NCBI RefSeq assembly: GCF_004010195.1 | Contig: NC_057718.1 | Location: 77,727,204 to 77,747,203 of the forward strand | Length of the DNA: 20,000 nt | Reading direction: 5' to 3' | From: Chiloscyllium plagiosum | Taxonomy: Eukaryota | Notes under the pieces: generated by a model | The model's input: only the letters and a program-made list of their open reading frames with translations | Told to the model about the DNA's origin: nothing | The model's database searches: none | Made by a program: the position numbers and the translations under genes | Part shown: positions 9,210-20,000 of the stretch, in pieces | Position numbering within the stretch: position 1 is the stretch's first letter | Layout: the number at the start of each line of letters is the position of its first letter

Positions 9210-10739
9210 AAACAGTAAAAGCAGCACACAGTACTTAGAGCTTAGTGGTTCTACAAACAAAGGATTACATCTGAGGTGTGAGGTCCTGACATAGCCAGTC
9301 ATGAATGGTGGTGAGCAGTTAAACAATTCAGTAGAGGAAGAAGCTTGACAAATATCCTCATCCTCAATGATGAGGGAGCTCAGCACGTAAGTGAGAAAGA
9401 CAGGATGAAGCATTTACAACAATCTTTGGTCAGAAATGCCAAGTGGATGACCTATCTTAGCTTTGTCCAGAGAACAGATGTCAGTCTTCAGCCAATTTGG
9501 TTTACTCCTCATGATATCAACAAACACTTGGAGGCAATGGATATGGCAAAGATAATGGGCACTGACAACATTCCACCATTACTACTGAAAACTTGTTTTC
9601 CAGAACTAGCTGTGATCCACAACAAGCTGTTCCACAGTGACATCTGTGGAAAATCTAGATAAGTTCTGTCCACAAAGAGCAGGACAAATCCAATTAGTGT
9701 CCAGTCAATTTACTCTCAATCATCAGCAAAGTGATGGAGAAGTGTTGGCAACGCCATCAAGTATCCTTGGCTCTTGACTTCATTACAGCCTTGGTCCAAA
9801 GCAGCTAAATTCAAGAGTTCATGTGACAGTAACTGCCCTCAACATCAATGCAGCACTTGATCAAGTTTGAGTCAATGTGAATCAGATGGAAATCTCTCCA
9901 CTAGTTGAAGTCAAGTCTACAATATAGGAAGATGGTCAAGGTTGTTGGCTCATCTCAGCTCCAAAACATCTCTGCAGGAGTTCCTCAGGGTAGTGTCCTC
10001 AGCCCAACCACCTTCAGCTACTTCATCAATGAACTTTCCCCCATCACAAAATCAGCGGAAGGGATGTTCATCAATGACTGTATAACGTTTAGCACTATTC
10101 ACAACTCTTTGGATTCTGAACCAGTCTATGTCTATATGCAATAAGACCTGGATAGCATCTAGGCGAGGGCTGTTACATGACAAGTGACATTCACGCCACA
10201 CACATGCCAGATACACAGAAAAGTCACTACCTGCAAGCTTCCCTTGATGCCATACATTTTCCTGATCTGCAATCATATTGCCATTGCTTAAGTGTTGCTG
10301 GGTCAAAATCTTGGATCTCCCTCCCTAAGGGCATTGTGGGTGTTAGTACACTCCAAGGACTGCAGAAGTTCAGGAAGGCATCTCATTACCACCTTTTCAA
10401 AGGCATTTGGGAATGGTTAATAAATGCTGGCCTCGACAGCGATGCCCACACTCCATGAATGAATAAAAGGAAAATACCTTTTTTTGAAAATGAATCATTA
10501 ATTAATTAAATACTAGCCAATGCATATCCAACATCAAACCTTACAAAGTTTTTCACCAATCCATACCAGTCAACCTCTTCTTTATACCCTTATTTAGATT
10601 TCAAACTCAAATTCATATTGAACTACATTTTTTCAAATTTAATGAAAATTTCCATCATACAATGGTAACAATGCCCAAAGGTTCTTTTACAACAAGATTA
10701 TTCAGGAGCTCTTCCTAATTGCATATCTGCAAGAGTATA

Positions 10740-11690
10740 TGACCTTATTGGTCCAAAAAACCATTTTGAACACATTCCAGAAATTTCTCCCCCACAGCCT
10801 TGGTGCTCATTAGGTTTGCGCAGTTTAGAAGTAAATTAAAGTCACCCATGACTAAATTCCCCTTGCTACATGCATCTCTAATTTCCTGATTTAATACCTT
10901 GTCCTGTTATAGTCAGTACTGCCATATTGTCTTTTCCTTTTTGTCTATTCTTCCTGAATGTTGAATACTCTTTAATATTCTATTCCCAGTCTTTGTCATT
11001 GTGCCGTCACATCTCCATGACTGCAATTAAGTCATACATATTTACTTCTACTTGCACTATCAATTCACCTAGATTAATGCAAATGTCACATACATTTAAG
11101 CAGAGTGTCTTTACTTCTGCCATTTTAACACTATTACATAATTTAACTCTGGGTGACTTTAGGATTTGTTTCTGCTGCTTTCCACTTTCATCAGCTTTAC
11201 TTTTTCCCATTGTTAGCTTTGCTTTTCTCCTATCTAAATTATCTCTCAGGTTGCCATTCCTCTGGCAAGCAACCCACCCCAGCAATACTAGCAATCTCCC
11301 TGCAAGGATATTAGTACCAGTCCAGTTATGGTGTAATTTGTCCAACTTTTACAGGTCCCACCTGCCTCAGAACTAGTTCCAATGCCTCAGATGTCTAAAG
11401 CCCTCCATCCTAAACCATTTTTCCAGCCACGTGTTCATTCACCCAAACTTCCAATTTCTGTATTCACGAGCAGGTAGTGCTAGGAGTAATTCTGAGATTA
11501 CTGTCTTAGATGACCTGCCTTTCAATTGCTTGCCTATCTTTCTAAATGCTGTTAGGACCTCACCATCCTTGCTACTCTTTGTCATTAGTACCAACATAGG
11601 CCATGATCTCTATGTCTTCACCCTTTCGAAAAGAAAGTATTGCAACTGTTCCATTACAACCTTGACCCTGACTGCAAGGAGGCAACATTC
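10740..11690 (-). mobile_element. CR1 internal fragment: ORF1 SGNH-esterase C-terminus and ORF2 APE endonuclease N-terminus
   Basis: Minus strand gives degenerate CCL..VRVK, DLxKLDKLHHNWTGTNILAGR (esterase-like), LCLNV..I...GEL...YDLIAV.E (APE start) and VMGDFN...FLECVQNGFLDQ. Confidence 0.82.
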
Positions 11691-12239
11691 CACTCCAACA
11701 ATAACCAAAGAAGTGTCTGGTTAACTATAACAGTAAGTAAGTTAGAGCTGTCTGAGTTCCCAATTCTAACTCAGAGTCAAAGGCTTCATCAGAGAGACCT
11801 GAGGAGAATTGCAAGCTTTCCAGGCGCTGCTCTCCGAATGAGCGCCCGATGAATGCCTCTGGTCATAGATCCAGTCTCCAACAATTTGGAGACTGAAAGA
11901 TCTGGGCTAGTGTTTTTTTTTCTGTGAGAAGTGTACAGAGTGTAAAAGTTAGGAATTACACGTTTAAATATAAAAGTCAATTGCATATATTCTTTTATTT
12001 AGACTTAACACTGAAAATATTGGAATAGTTATGTTGATATTCAGAACTGATTTTTCACCTCTACAAATTCTTTTAAGACAATTAAGAGTAAATTGCGCAA
12101 TGAAAGATAGCTAAAAGGTGAGAAATCAACACAAATATCTAAATTATTTAAAATTGGTTGTCCAAGTCTGATCTCAACATCCAAGACTTTTTACAAAAGA
12201 AATTTCACAAAATTATGAAATAACTATGATTTTGTGAAA

Positions 12240-12380
12240 TTTAAAAGGGAGTTAGATAAGCATCTGAGAAGAGACCAGCTTCTGGGCAAAAGCAGAAATG
12301 ACAGGATAACAGGATGAGCTCAGCTGCTCTTTTACAAAGCGAGCACGAACACAAGTCCTCTAGCCTCTTTCATAGCTGTA
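12240..12380 (+). mobile_element. Very old CR1-like 3' end fragment
   Basis: tttaaaagggagttagataagcatctg (FKRELDKHL) followed by a degenerate gctcttttacaaagcgagcac...gcctctttc..gctgta tail. Confidence 0.45.
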
Positions 12381-13124
12381 GCAAAATTTAGTGTTTTGTA
12401 TTGGCAATATAACTATTTTACAGCTTTGCAGAAAGGTTTAAAAATTTGGATTAATGCTGGAAGAACACAGCAGCCCACATGACGTAGGCTAACACCCAGA
12501 ATATGAATTTATCTTTTACTTCCCAATGCAGGCTGGATTTCTTGTATTTTCATTCGAACACAATAGTTCAGGATTATAAATACAGTTAGCTGTCATCTCC
12601 ATCATCATAAGAGCAGGTCTTCTTGAGAAATCTGGCATTTTCTGGTTAATCATTTGCAGACAGGAATTTGAATTATTACCCAAAGTAAACTGAACAGAAT
12701 TGAAAATCCTGCAAGTTATCTTTTACTCAGCTTAACAGATTTTTATTACATTATTGTTGTAAAGTTTCATAGCTGGGGAAGTGCCAATAAGGATTAGAAA
12801 TTTATAGTCTACTTTCTTAACATTCCCAAACCATACACCACTTCTAGACTGAGAAGGCAGGTCTTTGCTTTCCTTAACATTGCACGGAGACAAATGCATG
12901 TGACTATGGTCAGTCAGAATAAAGCTGGTAATAGCGATAGCGATGATCAATTGTTGAAGCTGTATAAGAGGATAAAAAGTAATTATAGTTGCAAGGGCTG
13001 CATAAAGAACCTAAACATGAAAAGGGACAACAATGAATATAGCTGAATTCAAGTCCTGGATGAAAAGTAAGTGTTGCAGCAAGGGTAGTATCAAAGGTTT
13101 TTACATTTGAGTCTGAGGCTTCCA

Positions 13125-13245
13125 GTATTAAAAATGGTGAGATTTCCCACTCAGTGCTATCCCCAACCCTGTCCAACATATGTACAAATGACCTGGCAAA
13201 CATCATAACCTATAAGTTCATGCATGCTGATAAAATTTGTTGCCT
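13125..13245 (+). mobile_element. Ancient non-LTR RT core fragment, clade unclear (possibly Vingi/Jockey-like)
   Basis: SVLSPTLSNICTNDL...KFMHADKIC resembles GSVLAPTLFNIYTNDL...KFIYADDIC. Confidence 0.55.
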
Positions 13246-13710
13246 CACCCAAGATACATACTTTTGCACCCTCATCCAGATCCTTAAGGTAGATGGTAGA
13301 TGGTGGACTACCACAGGATTGAATAATGTTATGAAGAAATTGAATCCTGCAAGCAACTTTCCCTGATTAAATATGCAGGCTGATGGATAATCAGTTTGGG
13401 TTCCTGAGGGACAAAGTGGATGTTACCATTTCAAAAAAACAGATTCCCACTTTAGTGCCACCACCCTAGATGCAGTAGTCAGACAGGTGGGGATCAGAAA
13501 GTATTCTCAAGTGAACACCCATAAGGAATTGGAATATATGGCAAAAGCAAGTTCATTTACTGACATAAAATTTTTACATAGTGTGCTTAGTCACAAGGTA
13601 TAACTAAGCTGCAGAAAGGCTAGAAAGATTGATCAGATCATGTGTCAATGTTAAGAAGAGCAAAGTCATAGACAAATTTTGTTTTACAGTATATGATGAG
13701 GACCTGGTTG

Positions 13711-13818
13711 ATAAAGTGTAGAGCTGGAAAAAGCACAGCAAGTCAAGCAGCATCAGAGGAGCAGGAGAATTAACGTTTCAGGTCGGAACCTTTCGTCAGG
13801 ATAGACCTCACTATCTCC
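13711..13818 (-). mobile_element. 108-bp Penelope pLTR-derived mini insertion with perfect 13-bp TSD
   Basis: gaggacctggttg at 13698-13710 and 13819-13831. The insert is homologous to the pLTR end at 5265-5352 (gctggaaa..cacagc..gtca.gcagcatc.gaggagcaggagaatt). Confidence 0.85.
13768..13802 (-). ncRNA. Minimal hammerhead ribozyme motif with intact core
   Basis: AUC-CUGACGA-A-AGGU-UCCG-ACCU-GAAA-C-GUU-AAU. Perfect 4-bp stem II, AACGUU palindrome, NUH triplet GUU. The first stem I pair is a C/A mismatch. Confidence 0.72.
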
Positions 13819-13965
13819 GAGGACCTGGTTGGGGCACGCTTAAGGAAAATGCTGGTGATTATGCATACAGGGATGCTTATTGCACTGGCAGAAAAGCCAA
13901 CTATCCTCTAGGCATTAGCCAGGAGCATGGAGGAGTCCATGACATAGGGCATTGCGTGCATACCA

Positions 13966-14495
13966 ACATAGAAACTAGGAGCAGGACTTCTTGGCACTTT
14001 GAGACAGCTTTGCCAGTCAGTAAGATCATGGCTGATCTGATTAGTCCAGAATTTGTGGGCGGCACGGTGGCACAGTGGTTAGCACTGCTGCCTCACAGCG
14101 CCAGAGACCCGGGTTCAATTCCCGACTCAGGCGACTGACTGTGTGGAGTTTGCACGTTCTCCCCGTGTCTGCGTGGGTTTCCTCCGGGTGCTCCGGTTTC
14201 CTCCCACAGTCCAAAGATGTGCAGGTTAGGTGAATTGGCCATGCTAAATTGCCCTTAGTGTTAGGTAATAAGGGGTAAATGTAGGGGTATGGGTGGGTTG
14301 CGCTTCGGCGGGTCGGTGTGGACTTGTTGGGCCGAAGGGCCTGTTTCCACACTGTAAGTAATCTAATCTAATCTAATCTAATAAACCTCAGGTAAACTTT
14401 CACACCCTGGCGTTTCTAGAATCTATCTACCTCTGCTCAAAATTATTAAGAGTCTGCTTTCACTGCCTTTTGAGGAAAAGTGTTCCAAAAACCCG
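13966..14495 (-). mobile_element. Old CR1 3' end fragment interrupted by HE1 SINE copy 3
   Basis: aacatagaaactaggagcagga...taagatcatggctgatctg is the reverse complement of a CR1 tail. It resumes after the SINE as aatctatctacctctgc...cactgccttttgagg..agtgttcca. Confidence 0.65.
14055..14382 (+). mobile_element. HE1 SINE copy 3, full length and young
   Basis: Near-identical to 2626-2926 apart from a short insertion near 14267-14280. Intact A/B boxes, CpGs retained, (TAATC)x4 tail at 14359-14382. No clear TSD. Confidence 0.93.
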
Positions 14496-15714
14496 GAGAT
14501 ATTTTATACATGCAGAGGTTATTGATTTTAAGGCTTTATGACCACAGCTAATCGTGGGCAGTTGACAACTTGTAGCAATTTTGTGACAGATTATGGAATT
14601 TGTTAAGAAGCAGCAGTTTAGATGTGAAACATCTGTTAATTAGATAAAGGAAGTATACAGCTGTGACAGCTGGGGATTGTTCACTGATACCAGAGAGCAC
14701 CCAAGCAGTTGGTGCATAGTGTGTTGGCCTGGTTAAGGTTTGAAGGGAGCATCCTGCTCTCGAGCCAAGGTGTTGGGAAACATTTCCCTGGGTCTTCTGC
14801 CTCTTCTACTGGCCCATCTTTCATCTGGAGAAGGTAGCTCTCTTCAGAATACCTAATAAGGACTGTCCAGTGAGGAACACCCTCTGCCCCTCAGTACTTG
14901 TTGAAATCCCCTAGTTTTGAGGGCTACTAACTTTTTTGAACCTTCTTGACCGTAGGACAGCTACTCATAACTTGAGATGAGCATTGTTCACCTTCCTGTT
15001 TCCTTTGGAAGGTTAGTTTTCATTCCTTCTAAGAACAAAACCTTATTATTTTTAACATTAATACACTAACAATAGGGTAGTGTGTCACCCAACACATCAT
15101 TGGTTTATACTGGTAGAATGCTAGGGACTCATATACAACAGTTAAATGAGTTCTCACTCAACAGAGAAAATACTAAATATGGAAAATTTGTGAGAACACA
15201 GTTTTAAATGGGACCCTAACTTCCACCAAAGGGAGGTGTTGGGTGACCATTCACCCAATGACCAGTTAATGACTATTTAAGGGCCTCCTTCACCATTGTT
15301 GCTTGGATTTAAACTGTGGTATGGGAAGACAGCACCAGGTAACATGACTGGACCAGATGCACTCCCTTTACAAGTATCCTATCCCATCAGTGACTTCCTG
15401 AAAGGTGTTGCCCTCAGTGATTCTCCCCACCATACTAGCCTGTCAATCCTTGCCTCCAACCCTACCTTGCAGCAACTCGCTCTGAACTTTGTCAGAGCTC
15501 TTGTCTGTTCTTCTTTAGGAAACTGCTGCAATCTCACATATGGCCACTACTCCCAGTAGGGCAAGAGAAATGCCAGGCATATGATTGGTCAACAGCTGGG
15601 ACATCCTCTGTTTTTGGGTGAGGATCCAACATGCAGCTCAGTAAAGGCTCAATGGCCATTAAACAACTGCATAGCAAGTCAGTCAATAATCAGCAATAAC
15701 CACATTATTTCAAC

Positions 15715-17377
15715 CAGGCCATCCTCAAGAGTATGATGCCAATAGATGAGTAGAATCACTAACAATAGCTCATCCCTCCCTGATGAGCTCAAAACATTTT
15801 ATGCTCATTTGAGCAAAACGTCACTGAAATGATGTCTCCTGGCCCAACAGCCTCAGGTGCACCTGTTCCCACAGTGACTGCTGCAGACCTCAGATCGACT
15901 TTCTTGAGAGTGAGCCCAGGGAAAGTGACTGGCCTGGATGGAGTCCCCGGCTGTACACACAAACCCTGCTTGGACCATCTGGCAGGAATATCTGCAGATA
16001 TCTCTAACCACTCCTTATTACAATGTGAGGTTCCCATTGCTTTGCAAAGACCACTGTCATCTCGGTGCCTAAACAAAATCAGGGAATGTGCCTTAATGAC
16101 AACATTACAAAGTTCTTCAAGAGGTTAGTAATGGCACATATCAACACCAGCCTCTCAGACTGTCTAGGTCCACAACAATTCACCTATTGTAACAGTAGGT
16201 CCATGGCAGACACCAACTCCCTGGTCCTATACACACTCTGGAACTTCTGGATAACAAGGACAGCTGCATCAGCTCCTACTTATTAACTTTATCTCCACTT
16301 TCAGCACCATGATTCCACCAAATGCAGCTCCAAACTCCCAGACCTAGGACTCTGTTCCCCCCTCTGCAACTGGATTCTCGACTTCCTGACCCGTAGACTG
16401 CAATCAGTAAGGATAGGCAACAACACCCCCTCCACAATAACCTTTAACACTGGTACCCCACAAGGCTGTATTCTCAGCCCCTTACAAAACTTCTTTTACA
16501 CTTACGACTGTGTGGCTAAATTCAGCTTTAACCCCATCTCCAAATTTACTGATGATACCATCATAGTGGGTTGGATCTGAAACAACGACGAGACAGAGTA
16601 CAGGAAAGAGCTAGACAGCTTAGTGGCATGGTGTAAAGATAACAATCTCTCCCTTAATGTTAGCAAAACAAAGGAGCTGGTCATCAACTTCTGGAAACAG
16701 AATGGAGGACACACCATTGTCTGTATCAATGGTGCTGAGATGGAGGTGGCCGAGAGCTTCAAGTTCCTATGAGTAAATATCACCAACAATCTATTCGGTC
16801 CATCCACATTGGCGCTACAGTCAACAAAGCCTCTAAAGCTAAGAAAATTCAGCATGTCCACAATAGGTCTTACCAATTTTTATAGATACACCATAGAAAG
16901 CATTACTCCAGTTGCATTACAACTTGGTATGACAACTGCTATGCCCAAGATCACAAGAAATTATAGAGAACATGAATGTAGCCCAGTCCATCACAAAAAC
17001 CAGCCTTCCTTCCATTAACTCTATCTACACTTCCGGCTACCTTTGGAAAGCAGCCAATATAATCAAAGACTCCTCCCACTCCAGTTATACTCTCTTCCAT
17101 CCTATTCCATTAGGCAGAAGATACAAAAGTTTGAAAATACATACCAAATGATTCAAGAATAGTTTCTTCCCCACTATTATCAGGCTTATGAATGGACCCC
17201 TCATATATTACAATTGATCTTTCATTGCACCCACTCTGTAGCTGTAACTATATATTCTACATTCTGTTCTATTACCCTGATGTACTTAGGTAAGGTCTGG
17301 TTTGTCTGGTTAGCACGTGAAACAACATTTTTCACTGTATCTCAGTGTATGTGCCAATAATAAATCAAATCAAATCA
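15715..17377 (+). mobile_element. Rex1/Babar-type LINE, 5'-truncated, degenerate RT with complete 3' end
   Basis: SLPDEL..FYA, GKVTGLDGVPG...[56 protein letters not shown]. Tail aataataaatcaaatcaaatca. Possible TSD aatcagca at 15688-15695 and 17373-17380. Confidence 0.85.
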
Positions 17378-17489
17378 GCAGTTTGTCTCTGATTTAAGAT
17401 GGGGGAAGAGTTGCAAATACCCTAATCCCAACTTAAAATTTATGTTTTAGGATATTATGTGCTGTCCAGTTGTCATATTATAAAATAGG

Positions 17490-17720
17490 ATGGAGCACCG
17501 AAGAAGGTACAGAGAAGGATTACAAGGATGATACCTGAACTGTGAGAATATAATATCAGAAAATGATGACATTCTGGGTCTCCCCTGAAAAGAATAGCTG
17601 AATTGTGACTTAATAGGGGTTTTTAAAGCTATGAAAGACTTTGCTTGTGTTGAAATAAAGAAAATGCTTCCCCTACTGGAGAAAAGCATATCTAGATAGC
17701 CACCAAGAAATCCAATGGAA
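17490..17720 (+). mobile_element. Old CR1 ORF2 C-terminal fragment, cut by the L1 insertion
   Basis: KVQRRITRMIPEL...DLIGVFKAMKDF....KMLPLLEKS. Confidence 0.6.
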
Positions 17721-17722
17721 AC

Positions 17723-20000
17723 TTTTTTTTAATAGATATTTTTATTAGAAATTTAACATTTTTACAAGTTTACAAAAATAAACAAAACTCTCAGATATAA
17801 ACATTGATATACAATTAGCTCAAATATACAATAGCCAAAATTTAACAAAAAAAAACAAAACAAAAAAAAAACGAAAAAAAGAAAAAAAAACAAACAAAAC
17901 TCAACTATCTACTAATCTAACCTACAACTAACCAGAGCGTATATTTAAGTCTCTTACATGCTCGGGATGTGTTAGCATCAGATTTGTGCGGGATTCCTCC
18001 TCCGAGGGGCCCCGGACCAGCCAGGTTTGTAATCTCAATTAAATAAAAGCCCTTGTTAGGATAGCCGAAATATCTGTATTTATGTAATTCAAAAAGGGCT
18101 GCCATATTTTATAAAATAATTCGGTCTTTCGGTGCACCATATTTGTAAGGAGGTCAAGGGGAATACATTCCATAATTAGTCTGTGCCAATTTGAAAGTCC
18201 AGGGGGGCCCTCAGCTGCCCAGTTCACCAAAATATTTTTCCTTGCACGGAAAGAAAGAATAGAAAATAGTCTCTTCCCGTACATGTCCAGGGAGGGAAAG
18301 TTCGAAAAGCCCAAGAGAGTCCACTTTAATTTCCGTTCCTAAAATTTCTGTCAGGGTACTTGCTACTTTAGTCCAATATCTACGGATCTTACGACAGGTC
18401 CATAAGCAATGTACAAGAGTGCCCACCTCTATTTTACATTTAGGACACGTTGGAGATGCTCCTGCCTTAAATTTTGCCAATCGAACCGGTGCTATATGGA
18501 CCCTATGAAGTATCTTCAGCTGGATAGCCTGGGTTCTGTTACAAATAGTAATTCTTCTAGCATTTTCCCAGATATCATTCCACGTTTCTGTGGAGATTTC
18601 TAGTCCCAGATCCTGATCCCATGTTTTAAGCAGATTATCCATATCTCCCGATACTTCATCATGTAGCAAATGATAAATATTACTGACGGAAGATACCCCC
18701 ACTGGTCGTAGGACACTACATTCTCTATCGGATTTATAAAGACTAATAACGTAGTCTTCTTCTGTATATAATCTCGAATTTGGAAGTATCAAAAGAGATC
18801 TCCATTCGGTAATCCTAATTTCTGACGCAGCTGTCCGAAAGACATCAGGACCCCATCTTTAAATAAATCCCCAAGACATGAGATACCCCTGGCTCTCCAG
18901 AGTTTAAAAGTGGCATCTGTTAACCCCGGTTGGAATCCCCATGCTCCCACTATCGGTGCATAGAGGGATGTTTTATGTGAATTACCCTCATTTTGCCGCA
19001 TTATATTCCAAGCCTTGATTGTATTCAGTATTATAGGGTTTTTACAGTGATCTGTAATGATTTTCCTCTTGTCTGAGAATAAAAGGTTAATAAGTGGGTA
19101 TTTTACTTGAGAAGCCTCGATGTCCAACCAGATTGAATGTGGATCAGACAAGACCCAATCAGCTATATAACTTAATAGGGAACTTAATTGATATTTCCTA
19201 AAATCTGGGAAATCCAATCCACCCCTTGCCTGTGGAAGCTGTAGCTTCTTCAGCTTAATAAGGGGCCGCCTATGGTTCCAGATAAAGGAACTCAGCCAGC
19301 CGTATAATTTACATAAAGCTGTCCTCGGCAGCACCACCGGAAGCATTCTCATAGGATATAGGAGACGGGGCAGGATATTCATTTTGATTAAAGCTAGTCT
19401 ACACAGCCAGGAAATTGGCACGTCACCCCATCGCTGGAGGTCCTGCCTTATCCTTTCCAATAAATACACAAAATTAGCCTTATACAACTGACCAAATACT
19501 GGAGTAATAAAAATGCCTAAATATAAGAAACCCTCCAGGGACCAGCGAAAGGGAAAAAGGGAACCGTCCGCTAAGCGGGGTATCACAGCAAGGCCACCCA
19601 TTGGCATAGCCTCCGATTTTGAAAAATTAATTTTATAGCCTGAAAATGCACTAAATGTATTAATAACTTGGATTAAGCGAGGTATGGACATCAAAGGATT
19701 ACTGAGGAATAGAAGAACATCATCTGCATAAAGGGTAATTTTATGTTTACCTGTACCAATCCTTGGGGCCACTATATTAGGATCAGCTCGTATAGCTTCT
19801 GCTAGTGGTTCAATTATTAGCGTGAATAACAATGGCGAGAGGGGACATCCCTGACGGCAGCCCCTACCCACACTGAAGCTATCCGAGCCTAATCCATTGG
19901 TAACCACAACTGCTTTAGGATCACTATACAATGTTGAGACCCATTTGGTAAACACCTGTCCAACACCAAACCTCTCCAATGTGTAAAACAAATATCACCA
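17723..20000 (-). mobile_element. Young L1/Tx1-clade LINE (3' part, continues beyond the window)
   Basis: Poly(A) tail (T8 at 17723-17730), AATAAA at 17741-17746 on the minus strand, U-rich 3' UTR (A-rich tract ~17846-17900 on +), ORF2 with L1-type RT and CCHC motifs. Confidence 0.93.
18039..20000 (-). pseudogene. L1 ORF2 (RT + C-terminal CCHC zinc knuckle), disrupted
   Basis: GCRQGCPLSPLLF, LYADD, FSGYKINFSKS, YLGI, GGLDFPD, CPKC..GTLVHCLWTC. In-frame TGA at 18789-18791 (DLF*YFQIRDY, probably CGA>TGA) and frameshifts near 18745 and 18325. Confidence 0.9.

Larger units (their letters stand above)
8260..10470 (+). mobile_element. Old LINE of a second CR1/L2-group family, split by a Penelope insertion
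   Basis: Degenerate AKIMGTDNIP..LLKTCFPELA (~9545-9610) and ISAGVPQGSVLSPTTFSYFINEL (ORF 9905-10144). 3' end taataaatgctggcctcgacagcgatgcccacactccatgaatgaataaaa. Sequence reads through across the TSD at 8600/9210. Confidence 0.78.

Noticed and set aside
1047..14352. Repeated ORFs with GNLAWPIHLT.TSLDCGRKPEH (1047-1391, 2570-2908, 14041-14352) looking like a gene family
   Set aside because: They are antisense translations of HE1 SINE copies.
15190..15560. Possible old non-autonomous repeat and ORF 15296-15559
   Set aside because: No terminal repeats, TSD or recognisable protein motif could be established from the sequence alone.

Overview
Eukaryotic, repeat-dense window, almost certainly from a cartilaginous fish (shark-type HE1 SINEs with (TAATC)n tails, abundant CR1 LINEs, shark-like Penelope elements; a bamboo-shark-like genome is my best guess). 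More than half is decayed retroelement: several CR1 copies (some with internal deletions), three HE1 tRNA-derived SINEs each nested in a CR1 3' region, four Penelope-like (PLE) insertions, a second CR1/L2-group LINE split by a PLE, a Rex1/Babar LINE, a probable Deu-SINE tail, and a young L1/Tx1-type element running off the right end. Nearly all listed ORFs are TE-derived. Two things are not visible in the ORF track. (1) Five minimal hammerhead-ribozyme motifs (CUGANGA-stem II-GAAA-NUH) sit in the PLE pseudo-LTRs, with differing but pairing stem II sequences; one lies in a 108-bp insertion with a perfect 13-bp target-site duplication. (2) Three short + strand candidate exons (3314-3345, 4455-4549, 6811-6869/6875) have compatible splice phases and join into one open peptide that I cannot assign to a gene. 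Family assignments come from recalled motifs, not database searches, and most TE boundaries are approximate.
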